IMG/VR virus record: IMGVR_UViG_3300037297_000328
DNA from: an uncultured virus (IMG/VR IMGVR_UViG_3300037297_000328)
Taxonomy: Duplodnaviria; Heunggongvirae; Uroviricota; Caudoviricetes
Direction: 5' to 3' (one strand)
Length of the DNA stretch: 20,000 nucleotides
Part shown: in pieces, positions 7,692-15,674 of the stretch
Layout: each line of letters starts with the position of its first letter
Position numbering within the stretch: position 1 is the stretch's first letter
Position numbers and translations under genes: made by a program
The notes under the pieces: generated by a model
What the model was told of the DNA's origin: nothing
What the model saw: the letters and a program-made list of their open reading frames with translations, nothing else
Database searches by the model: none

Positions 7692-7799
7692 ATGGAAGAT
7701 TTGAATTGGAAATATGTCGGTATTACTGCTTTAGTTGCACTGGGCGTTGTTATTATGTATGACCGTGTATTGAAGGATTATATTCCAGGCGGTAAGTAG
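7692..7799 (+). CDS. 35-aa single-TM protein directly upstream of the candidate capsid gene
   Basis: MEDLNWKYVGITALVALGVVIMYDRVLKDYIPGGK*. A-rich leader. Not in the ORF track. Confidence 0.7.
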   Translation: MEDLNWKYVGITALVALGVVIMYDRVLKDYIPGGK

Positions 7800-7837
7800 A
7801 CAGTAAACTTATGGTTTAACTTTTTACACTTAAAAAA

Positions 7838-8428
7838 ATGGATTATAAACAAAGAATTGCCATGTATCATAATAAGGCAAACGGTGCGTACAATAACGCA
7901 AACGGTGGATTAGTCAGGGGGGCGCAAGCTCTTAATCCTGTCGATAGGACGTTGAGTGTTACACTTACTCCTATTTCAACTACTATTTCTGGTGCTGCTC
8001 GTATTTTTGGTGCTTTTGTCTCTCCTGATGAGACTTATAATACTGCCAATAACATGACAGTCGCTATATCTGAAAGTTCTCACATCCAGGTGAAAAAAGC
8101 TTCTGAAGCCAACCCGTTTAGGGTTAAAGGTGTTTTATACACCGTATCGAATGCTCTTCAGTTAGCTCAGCCTATTGTGATCACAAAGGCCAGCATAGCT
8201 GGTAGTTCTGAGATTGCCACTTGGCAGCCTCAAAATTACACTGCACCAACCAATTACAACGCTTTACAGATTAAAACATCTGCATTGCAGGCTGTGATTG
8301 ATGGTTACACCAGATTCGATATAAATTTTCTTGCGGGGTATAATGCGTCAATGATATTGACCATAAACGATAAGGTGGATCAGAGTTCACTATTATCTAA
8401 TAAGGTGCCTATCAAATCGGCAGAATAA
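7838..8428 (+). CDS. Candidate major capsid protein (single jelly-roll size, beta-rich)
   Basis: 196 aa, soluble, rich in A/S/T/N, with alternating beta-strand patterns. Heads the structural block and is followed by a strong terminator. Homologous to the termini of 12929..14641. Confidence 0.6.
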   Translation: MDYKQRIAMYHNKANGAYNNANGGLVRGAQALNPVDRTLSVTLTPISTTISGAARIFGAFVSPDETYNTANNMTVAISESSHIQVKKASEANPFRVKGVLYTVSNALQLAQPIVITKASIAGSSEIATWQPQNYTAPTNYNALQIKTSALQAVIDGYTRFDINFLAGYNASMILTINDKVDQSSLLSNKVPIKSAE

Positions 8429-8452
8429 ATCCTGTATTCCAATAATCATTTT

Positions 8453-8490
8453 AAGACGGGTTGGGAAAGTCCCAGGCCCGTCTTTTTTTT
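8453..8490 (+). terminator. Intrinsic terminator after the candidate MCP
   Basis: aagacggg-ttggga-aag-tcccag-g-cccgtctt stem running into a T8 tract. Confidence 0.85.
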
Positions 8491-8503
8491 AAATGCTCCT
8501 TTT

Positions 8504-8893
8504 ATGGATGATGAAAAAATACTTTGGACTGAATATATAGCAAGAAATAATCCTGATGCATTAAACTACTTGTTGGAGCAATATGGCTATTTACGTGCAT
8601 ACAGTCTGGAAGAAAGGTTGACCGCAATAGATACCTTGCAGCAAGAATATGGACACGAAGCAACAATCAATCTATTGCGCATCCATCCCGATTATGAGAT
8701 GATAGTTGAAGACAATGAACAACTTAACCCGCCAAAAGAAATAATAAAAGAGGTTGAAGTTCAGCAACCTCAAGTACAGGTAAGTGATCCTGTAAAAGTA
8801 AGTGTTGATAATGGATTTCATAATACATTAAAGGATGTATTACTGATTATTGGTGCTATTTGGCTCGTAAAAATAATAATATCAAAAGATTAG
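8504..8893 (+). CDS. Putative virion membrane protein (helical N-domain, C-terminal TM)
   Basis: C-terminal VLLIIGAIWLVKIII. Confidence 0.75.
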   Translation: MDDEKILWTEYIARNNPDALNYLLEQYGYLRAYSLEERLTAIDTLQQEYGHEATINLLRIHPDYEMIVEDNEQLNPPKEIIKEVEVQQPQVQVSDPVKVSVDNGFHNTLKDVLLIIGAIWLVKIIISKD

Positions 8894-9366
8894 TGAAAGT
8901 AAATAATAAAATAATACAGCGAGCAGTTGCTCAGTCAATAGTAAGGGATACGCCCGACTTAATAAAGTTGGTGAAAAAATATAAGCCTGTTGATGATAAT
9001 ATAAGTTTGCTCGATTTATTATTTGATGTTCAATATTTGCTCGAAAATGATAGAAAATTTGCAGCAGAATACACAAATTTTCTTTTACAGAAAAAAAGAC
9101 TTATCAATTATAATAGTGCAACAGGTTTGCTTGCCGGGGTTACTAATTTAATAGGCTCTGTTGTAAATTCAAGCACCCAAAAAAAAGAGCAACAATTAGA
9201 GTATTCGAAGCTTAGTTCTCAGAATACTCAGCAATTAATGCAATTTATGATGCAGGAGGAGCAAGCGCAGCTTGAAAAGGAGAAACAAAAAACAAATATT
9301 ATATATATAGCAATAGGTTCATTCGTATTGCTGACAGGAATTGTAATTTTTGCTAAAAAAATGTAA
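8893..9366 (+). CDS. Putative virion membrane protein (YNSATG motif, Gln-rich coil, C-terminal TM)
   Basis: GTG 8893 overlaps the upstream TAG. TM IIYIAIGSFVLLTGIVIFA followed by KK. Confidence 0.75.
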   Translation: MKVNNKIIQRAVAQSIVRDTPDLIKLVKKYKPVDDNISLLDLLFDVQYLLENDRKFAAEYTNFLLQKKRLINYNSATGLLAGVTNLIGSVVNSSTQKKEQQLEYSKLSSQNTQQLMQFMMQEEQAQLEKEKQKTNIIYIAIGSFVLLTGIVIFAKKM

Positions 9367-9368
9367 AA

Positions 9369-9626
9369 ATGTGTTGTAATAATGCAAATGGAGACATATT
9401 AAGCGGTATTGGCGATTTATTTATCTCTGATGAACAAAAAAAATTAAATGAATCGTACTTGCAGGATGCTGAATTGGAAAGGCAAAAGACAGAAGCCATG
9501 ATAGAATATCTTAGTAAGCGAAAGGCTTTGGCCGGTTCGCCAAGTGCCGGGATGGATCAGCAGACATTAATTGTTCTTGGAGGTGTTGGCGTATTAGCCG
9601 TATTTGTTATAATAATGATGACATAA
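9369..9626 (+). CDS. Small C-terminally anchored protein (NNANGD motif)
   Basis: TM LIVLGGVGVLAVFVIIMM. Confidence 0.75.
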   Translation: MCCNNANGDILSGIGDLFISDEQKKLNESYLQDAELERQKTEAMIEYLSKRKALAGSPSAGMDQQTLIVLGGVGVLAVFVIIMMT

Positions 9627-9637
9627 ATAAGAATACT

Positions 9638-10219
9638 ATGAAAGGTGATGTTTTTTCAGCAACAAGCTATTATATGCCAGGCAATCAATGGAATTTTGCA
9701 GAAGGAGATATTTTCTCGGCAATAGGAGATATAATGGAGCCGTGCGAACTTGATCTGCCTTATCCTGACTCACGTTTGCAAATGCTGCGGGATACTGTTG
9801 AATTAAGGCGTGAAACGTGGGCGCAGGCGAAAGCTGCAAGGGATATTGCGTACAAGGATTGGGCCGATTGTAAGCGAAAACTATTTTGCAATGCAGGACC
9901 AAAAAATTCAACATTGAATGCCCGCGAAGGCGAAGAAGAAGCTGCGCGCGTTGCGCTTGAGTCTGCCGAGAAAAACCTTTCGCAGGCTGTGGCTGCTAAT
10001 GAGGATGCCGAGGATGATTATCGTTTTTGTGTCGATCAGTACGCGAGGATCATGAGCCAGCAATCAAAAATTGAGAGTGAAGAGCAAAAACTGGATATTG
10101 AAGAACAAAAAGTCTCAACAGTAAAACTTGAAACCAGTAAGGATTATGCCAAATATGGCCTTATCGGACTGGGTGTTGCGGGATTATTTGTATTTGGTTA
10201 TTTAATTTTTAAAAAATAA
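9638..10219 (+). CDS. Coiled-coil protein with C-terminal TM (KGDVFSAT and FAEGD motifs)
   Basis: A/E-rich heptads. TM YGLIGLGVAGLFVFGYLIF followed by KK. Confidence 0.8.
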   Translation: MKGDVFSATSYYMPGNQWNFAEGDIFSAIGDIMEPCELDLPYPDSRLQMLRDTVELRRETWAQAKAARDIAYKDWADCKRKLFCNAGPKNSTLNAREGEEEAARVALESAEKNLSQAVAANEDAEDDYRFCVDQYARIMSQQSKIESEEQKLDIEEQKVSTVKLETSKDYAKYGLIGLGVAGLFVFGYLIFKK

Positions 10220-10230
10220 AAGCTAAAAAA

Positions 10231-10395
10231 ATGGCAAAGAAAAAATCATTAAAAGTGTATAGAGATTACACTAAGACGCATAAAAACCAAAAGGCTGCCA
10301 AAAGTCATGCCGCAAGAATACGAAAGCGTGGAGGAATGGTATCTGTAGAAAAAACTTCTGCGGGATACAGGGTAAGGTCATCATATAAAAAATAG
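10231..10395 (+). CDS. Small highly basic protein
   Basis: MAKKKSLKVYRDYTKTHKNQKAAKSHAARIRKRGGMVSVEKTSAGYRVRSSYKK*, 54 aa. Fills the gap between neighbours. Not in the ORF track. Confidence 0.7.
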   Translation: MAKKKSLKVYRDYTKTHKNQKAAKSHAARIRKRGGMVSVEKTSAGYRVRSSYKK

Positions 10396-10400
10396 AAGTC

Positions 10401-10640
10401 ATGGGAATGATGTATGTTGAGGATCCTAATAAATACTTTAATATTCCTTATATAGAGTATTTACAAAGTACTGTAGGCGATACCGGTGAGCAATTGCTTG
10501 AAGAAAAAGAGACAGAAATTGCACAGCGCAATGTCGAGGTGGGCGCTTCGAATATAGGCAAAACGCCGTTTATTATACTTGGTCTGGCAGTAATAGGATT
10601 GGTTACGATTGTGATTTTAAAAAAGAAAAAAATAATTTGA
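10401..10640 (+). CDS. Small C-terminally anchored membrane protein
   Basis: TM FIILGLAVIGLVTIVIL followed by KKKK. Confidence 0.75.
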   Translation: MGMMYVEDPNKYFNIPYIEYLQSTVGDTGEQLLEEKETEIAQRNVEVGASNIGKTPFIILGLAVIGLVTIVILKKKKII

Positions 10641-10641
10641 G

Positions 10642-11358
10642 ATGAAATCAAGTAGAAAAATAGGAATATTCATTTTTGGGTTAGGCATAGCTGGCATAGC
10701 GGTTGCAACTTATTTTTTATTAAAAAAAGAAAAAAAAGCTAAAGTTGCGATACCTGTTCAGGATAGTGATATGCTATCCGGGGAAAAAGAGAATATTTCC
10801 GAAAGCTCTATTGATAACACCCAAACTTCAACAGATACTAAGCCTGTAGAAGTTAGACATATGACTATGTATGATATTCCTCGTCCAACTTGGTATACGC
10901 AGGAAATGGAGAAGAAATTCAGAAATAGTTATCAGGGTTACATGAGTGGCGGCGATGCCATGAAGCAAAAATACAAAGACTGGATTGCTAAGTGGCCTGG
11001 CGAAGCCTTTAGAGTAGATACTTTTGACGATTATTGTATTGAAAGTGCATTGCAGGATATTCATGCTGCATTTAGTCTTAATTTTCTGCAACTATCTGAA
11101 TTAAGAAGGTTCTATGGCGTAGGCCGCGACCGCTTGTTGCCTAAAGACCCCGAACAACCTAAGCCTGAGTGGCTGAATAAAAATGATATGGAATACCATA
11201 TGTGGTGGTATTTTAACTATTACTACAATGAACAAAACTACGGTGGAATAAAAGAGTCGTTTTATAAAGGATTGGATCAGATGGCTCACGACAATGGGAT
11301 AAATATGTCTGATATTGAAGACGCAAAACAATATTACAGTACTTCACAGGTAATTTAA
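10642..11358 (+). CDS. N-terminally anchored membrane protein of unknown function
   Basis: TM IGIFIFGLGIAGIAVATYFLL followed by KKEKK. Aromatic-rich C-domain with a possible internal duplication (PRPTWYTQEME / PKPEWLNKNDME). Confidence 0.75.
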   Translation: MKSSRKIGIFIFGLGIAGIAVATYFLLKKEKKAKVAIPVQDSDMLSGEKENISESSIDNTQTSTDTKPVEVRHMTMYDIPRPTWYTQEMEKKFRNSYQGYMSGGDAMKQKYKDWIAKWPGEAFRVDTFDDYCIESALQDIHAAFSLNFLQLSELRRFYGVGRDRLLPKDPEQPKPEWLNKNDMEYHMWWYFNYYYNEQNYGGIKESFYKGLDQMAHDNGINMSDIEDAKQYYSTSQVI

Positions 11359-11360
11359 GC

Positions 11361-11630
11361 GTGATGAAAAAAAGAACAAAATACGGATTATTTATAATAG
11401 CTGTCTTCGCGATTGGTGTTTACTTTATAGCCAGAAAAAGGCGGGTGAAAATGCAGACAGTAGCGCCTGTAAAGATTAAAGAAGATAGTGAGGACGAATT
11501 AATAGAAATAGAAGAAAGACATCCTATTGATTTTTTGCCGCCTGAAGATATTATAAAGGATATGCCTCTTGGTGATAATACAGAGGAAAGGCCTTCTATT
11601 GATTTATTTCTGCCTGATGAAATTAATTAA
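11361..11630 (+). CDS. Small N-anchored membrane protein with an acidic, Pro-rich tail
   Basis: TM YGLFIIAVFAIGVYFIA followed by RKRR. Confidence 0.7.
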   Translation: MMKKRTKYGLFIIAVFAIGVYFIARKRRVKMQTVAPVKIKEDSEDELIEIEERHPIDFLPPEDIIKDMPLGDNTEERPSIDLFLPDEIN

Positions 11631-11695
11631 AAAAGAGACAATAATTAAAATAGAAGAGATATACTTTTTGAAGAATCATATAAATAAATATTATA

Positions 11696-12187
11696 ATGAA
11701 AAAAAAGGCAATGAACGCCAAAGGCGATGTGTTTAACGCCAAAGGCGATGTGTTTAACGCCAAAGGCGATGTGTTTAACGCCAAAGGCGATGTGTTTAAC
11801 GCTACCAAAATAACACCTTCTTTCTATCATAAGGCAAATCCATTGTTAGGAAAAACACAGGCTGAAATTGATGTAATTTATGCGTCAAAACCTTACGATG
11901 CCGATTATTATGATTGGCTGGATAACTATTATGAGCCTGAAACTGCAACGCAGGACAAGAATAGGTTTTATACAACTATTTCCGACATCCTTGGACTAAC
12001 GGACAAGGCAGTGGATATCAAAAATAAATTTGAGACCGGTACTACAGTTAATGAAGGACCTGTATCAATGGATATGCAATTAGGTGGTGAAGAAAGGAAA
12101 GGTAAAAATACCATCTGGTATGTGCTTGGAGGAATGGTTGTCGTTCTTGTTGTTGTTGGTGTAGTTGCATCGCGTAAAAAGAAATAA
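11696..12187 (+). CDS. C-terminally anchored protein with N-terminal (NAKGDVF)x4 repeat
   Basis: TM IWYVLGGMVVVLVVVGVVA followed by SRKKK. Confidence 0.8.
   Translation: MKKKAMNAKGDVFNAKGDVFNAKGDVFNAKGDVFNATKITPSFYHKANPLLGKTQAEIDVIYASKPYDADYYDWLDNYYEPETATQDKNRFYTTISDILGLTDKAVDIKNKFETGTTVNEGPVSMDMQLGGEERKGKNTIWYVLGGMVVVLVVVGVVASRKKK
11714..11802 (+). repeat. Perfect 21-bp tandem repeat x4 plus a partial copy (aacgccaaaggcgatgtgttt)
   Basis: Units start at 11714, 11735, 11756 and 11777. In frame, no spacers. Confidence 0.95.
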
Positions 12188-12915
12188 TGCGATTTTTTGT
12201 TATTACAAATAATAAAAAAAAAGTTATTGAGCTTGACATACTTACCAAAGGCAACAAGATAGGTGTAATTGGTCATGATGTTGATAAGCCTAATACAGAA
12301 TATTTTAACCGGATGGTGGTGAAAGACGGAACTTATACGTTTAATCTTCCACAATCTCCGAAAGTACTAAAAGTTATCGTTCTTGAAGTTAATGAAGGAG
12401 ACACGGATGAATCAGATAAATATGAAATCACTGGTTTTAGATATGCTGATTTGCCTAAGCAAGCACTAATTACTGACCAGTATACATCCGAATTTATCAA
12501 GTTTGCTCAGGAGTTTTCGGCAATGGCAGGTTATCTGCCACCTAATGATTATTACAGCGATAATCGTAATTTTATGATACGGTTATTACCAGAAATCAGG
12601 GAAGATCCAAAAACTCCATCGAGAATACACACCGAAACAGGTGTGATTGAAGTGTCTAAGAAATGGTTTGATGGCATGACGGTGCCTGGCAGGATGGCTA
12701 TTTTGCAGCACGAATTTGCACATAATAATTTGAACAATAGCTACAAGAATAATAATGAAACAGAAAAAGAAGCAGATGAAAACGCTCTACAAATATATTT
12801 GGCATTGGGTTATCCAAAAGTGGAATGGATGTATGCATGGACGCACATTTTCGAGGATCACGAGTCTCATTTTGATAGGTTGGATAATAGTAATGCCATG
12901 TTGCAAGGACTGTAA
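12187..12915 (+). CDS. Zincin (HExxH) metalloprotease-like protein, M48-like motif spacing
   Basis: RMAILQHEFAH followed by ETEKEADENALQIYLALGYP. Beta-rich N-terminal domain. Confidence 0.75.
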   Translation: MRFFVITNNKKKVIELDILTKGNKIGVIGHDVDKPNTEYFNRMVVKDGTYTFNLPQSPKVLKVIVLEVNEGDTDESDKYEITGFRYADLPKQALITDQYTSEFIKFAQEFSAMAGYLPPNDYYSDNRNFMIRLLPEIREDPKTPSRIHTETGVIEVSKKWFDGMTVPGRMAILQHEFAHNNLNNSYKNNNETEKEADENALQIYLALGYPKVEWMYAWTHIFEDHESHFDRLDNSNAMLQGL

Positions 12916-12928
12916 TTATGATATACTT

Positions 12929-14641
12929 ATGAAGGATTGTGGATTAATAAATCTGACATTTAATAATCCTACTAGCGAAAGCCAGTTGGTTAAAATTCTT
13001 GATGTGCTTAATCCTGATGGCGGTGCAACGACATATACTAGTGCCGGAAAAATATTTAATACTACAGAGGGCTCTGGAAACGGATCACAATTACCTACAG
13101 TCAATTTGCTTAAAGATTATTACTATGATAATACGAATAATATTCTTTATGTAGCTACTTCTTCAGGTATATGGGTATATGATATTAATACTGATACAGG
13201 AAGTATAATTAATACTTCTACAGGTGTCACCGGAGATAATTTACCGAATAACGATATTGTTGCAATAGCAAAAGACATCACAAATAATGTATTATACGCC
13301 GGATCACAAATTTCACCAGGCGTGATAGTGCTATGGAAGTATGACATGGATGCAGGGTCTGGATTAATCTATAATGCTACAGGAGGAGTAAGTGGAGGCG
13401 ATAACCTGACTTCGAATACATTACGTGGCATTACATTGAATGGTGACGATACTTTAGTATACGTGTCTGGTCCTACATTTATCTGGTCATTGACGATAAG
13501 TACAAATGTTGGTTCTGACATATCTCCTGCTACCGGCGATCCTGTTCCTTCTGGTCTTGGAAATAACGGAAAAATCTACTACGATTCACAAAATAATTTT
13601 TTGTGGGTTGGACTGCTCGAGTCCGGTTTATACCGATACGATATTTCACTTTCAGATGGCAAATTATATACAACAGTTACAGGTGTTGGAAGTGGGGAAC
13701 AATTGCCCTCAGATGCAAACTACAGGCCAACACAAAAGAATAATATAATATACGTTCCGACAGGCCGGGGTATTTGGGTGTATGACATAGGCACAGATAC
13801 AGGAAGCATTATAGATGATAGTGCTTCTGTAAATGGAGACCCGCTCCCCTCTCCAAGCACAAGCATTGTCAAGTCTGTATTTTATGATGCCGAAAATGAT
13901 AAGTTATGGGCGGGCATAAGAAACACTAAATATCAAATATGGTCTTACGATTTTGCGACCAATACAGGTGCAATTATTGATTCTGCTGACAGTGGCGATG
14001 TATTGCCTTCCCTTCCTGCCAGCGTTGGCATAGTCCTTTACGCAGATGGTTCGTTGTATAATATAATAAGAGAAGGTGGAGGTATTTGGAAATATACCGT
14101 AAGTAGTGTAAGCGCCATTATTATCACGGGTAATGATGGGAACTCAATATCTGATTATAGCGAAATTGTAAATTCTGTAAAAACAAACCCACTAGAAATA
14201 AACCGTATTGTATTTAAGAGTAATAATGCAGCTCAAATTGCTAATATTTTAACCGCAAAATTACGCACGATTACAGGATATGAAGAACAATATACCATTA
14301 ATTTTTCAGATTATGTAGATCCTCTATTGCCTTATCATACCGTACATATTGATTTACCTGAGCCAATATTAATTGATATTAATAATTTCATGCAGATGTC
14401 AATTAATGCAAATACGTACGTGAATTTTATTTTTGAATTTTGCCAGGTTAATTATAATGCAATGCTGGATAATGATTGGATTAATAAAGGTTTTATTGGA
14501 CCGCCTATAAGTGGAGGGTTTGGAGACGAAGGAATTGTGCCAATACAAGCCTCAATAGTTTCATCTAAAAAGTGCGGTTGGCTTTGTTGGATTATTATTA
14601 TTGCTGGTGGTTATCTACTATATAAATATTATAAAAAATAA
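12929..14641 (+). CDS. Candidate spike/vertex protein: capsid-like domain with an inserted 7-blade beta-propeller and C-terminal TM
   Basis: True start is probably ATG 12929 (MKDCGLINLTF). Seven repeats of about 50 aa (G-D/E-x-LP...D..NN.LW/Y.G...GIW.YD). The C-domain aligns with 7838..8428. TM WLCWIIIIAGGYLLY followed by KYYKK. Confidence 0.75.
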   Translation: MKDCGLINLTFNNPTSESQLVKILDVLNPDGGATTYTSAGKIFNTTEGSGNGSQLPTVNLLKDYYYDNTNNILYVATSSGIWVYDINTDTGSIINTSTGVTGDNLPNNDIVAIAKDITNNVLYAGSQISPGVIVLWKYDMDAGSGLIYNATGGVSGGDNLTSNTLRGITLNGDDTLVYVSGPTFIWSLTISTNVGSDISPATGDPVPSGLGNNGKIYYDSQNNFLWVGLLESGLYRYDISLSDGKLYTTVTGVGSGEQLPSDANYRPTQKNNIIYVPTGRGIWVYDIGTDTGSIIDDSASVNGDPLPSPSTSIVKSVFYDAENDKLWAGIRNTKYQIWSYDFATNTGAIIDSADSGDVLPSLPASVGIVLYADGSLYNIIREGGGIWKYTVSSVSAIIITGNDGNSISDYSEIVNSVKTNPLEINRIVFKSNNAAQIANILTAKLRTITGYEEQYTINFSDYVDPLLPYHTVHIDLPEPILIDINNFMQMSINANTYVNFIFEFCQVNYNAMLDNDWINKGFIGPPISGGFGDEGIVPIQASIVSSKKCGWLCWIIIIAGGYLLYKYYKK

Positions 14642-14644
14642 AAA

Positions 14645-15349
14645 ATGAAAGTAAACAGAAATCTCACAAAAGGCTTAATATTAGGTGCCGCAATAACTGG
14701 CCTTATTTTGTACATGCGAATGCGTGAAAAAAATAAAGCGCTTGAGGAAAGTTATAATGAACAGTTAAATTTACTACAACAAGAAGATATGACCGGTTCT
14801 GAAACTGCTAATAAAAACGAAGAGTTTATTGAGCTTGGAGATGAATGTATATTGATTGGAGATTTAAAAGCTACATTTAATTCATGGTTAGGCAATCAGC
14901 GCATGGACACAAATGACTTATATGACGCTGTAACACGTGATATTTTTAAAAAGGTAATGGAAAATACTACACACATTATGCAGGAGGATGATAGTCTACG
15001 CAAAATGATGATATATGACATTGTAAAAACCAATGCAAATATTGTAGATGCTGATTTGCCTCCATATCCGCTAAAATATGAATATACGCAAGGTATGGTG
15101 GCATTGGGCGATAAAGGCGGAAGTGTTGCCGACCTGCAAAAATTAATAAATATGCTGTATAAGTACTATTACCCTGTGACGGAAAAACAAATATCTGTAA
15201 ATAGCACTTACGATAAAATAACTGCGGCTGCGGCTGTAAAATTATTTGCCGGAACTTCGGCATTAATTGACGAGGATAAAGCGGCTGTAAGCAAAGAATT
15301 TGTGGCCAATATGACCACAATGATTAACAATTTAAAAGTAATTAACTAA
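14645..15349 (+). CDS. N-anchored protein with peptidoglycan-binding (PG_binding_1-like) domain(s)
   Basis: TM LILGAAITGLILYM. LGDKGGSVADLQKLIN...VNSTYDKITAAA, with a degenerate earlier copy LGDECILIGDLKATFN...TNDLYDAVT. Confidence 0.6.
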   Translation: MKVNRNLTKGLILGAAITGLILYMRMREKNKALEESYNEQLNLLQQEDMTGSETANKNEEFIELGDECILIGDLKATFNSWLGNQRMDTNDLYDAVTRDIFKKVMENTTHIMQEDDSLRKMMIYDIVKTNANIVDADLPPYPLKYEYTQGMVALGDKGGSVADLQKLINMLYKYYYPVTEKQISVNSTYDKITAAAAVKLFAGTSALIDEDKAAVSKEFVANMTTMINNLKVIN

Positions 15350-15361
15350 AAAAGTAGAAAA

Positions 15362-15604
15362 ATGAGAGTAAATCCGAAAAAAGACGTTATGAGGTCTGCA
15401 ACTGGCGAAACAGTACCTGTTCCAACAACAAATACTGTTGTTAGTGAAAAAAAATTCTCTTTATCGAATACAACTGATAAAATGGGAATCACTACTGCAG
15501 GTTCAATCGCAAAAGGTTTTATCTGGGGCTTGGTAATTGGCGCCGGAACTCTACTTGCCATTGGCATGTGGAAAGATAAAATAAATATAAGCTACAACAA
15601 GTAG
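15362..15604 (+). CDS. Small membrane protein (RSATGE motif, C-proximal TM)
   Basis: TM FIWGLVIGAGTLLAIGMW. Confidence 0.7.
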   Translation: MRVNPKKDVMRSATGETVPVPTTNTVVSEKKFSLSNTTDKMGITTAGSIAKGFIWGLVIGAGTLLAIGMWKDKINISYNK

Positions 15605-15639
15605 ATGTAGCCCAGTGCTACATCCTACTTATTGTAGGG
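15601..15639. terminator. Intergenic hairpin (possible terminator or processing site)
   Basis: gatgtagc-ccagt-gctacatc, plus an adjacent cctac-ttatt-gtagg. No immediate U-tract. Confidence 0.35.
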
Positions 15640-15674
15640 TCTGATTTTTAAAAAATCAATTAAAGTATTGCATT

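Noticed and set aside
11714..11802. Possible CRISPR array
   Set aside because: The units are directly adjacent with no spacers and are in frame within a CDS. No cas genes are present.
12755..12928. N-terminal extension of the 628-aa ORF
   Set aside because: It overlaps the metalloprotease by about 160 nt. ATG 12929 follows the upstream stop and begins the capsid-like strand.
12929..14641. Hybrid two-component sensor or surface lipoprotein of the host
   Set aside because: The propeller blades are similar, but there is no signal peptide, Y_Y_Y domain or kinase domain, and the flanks match the candidate capsid protein.
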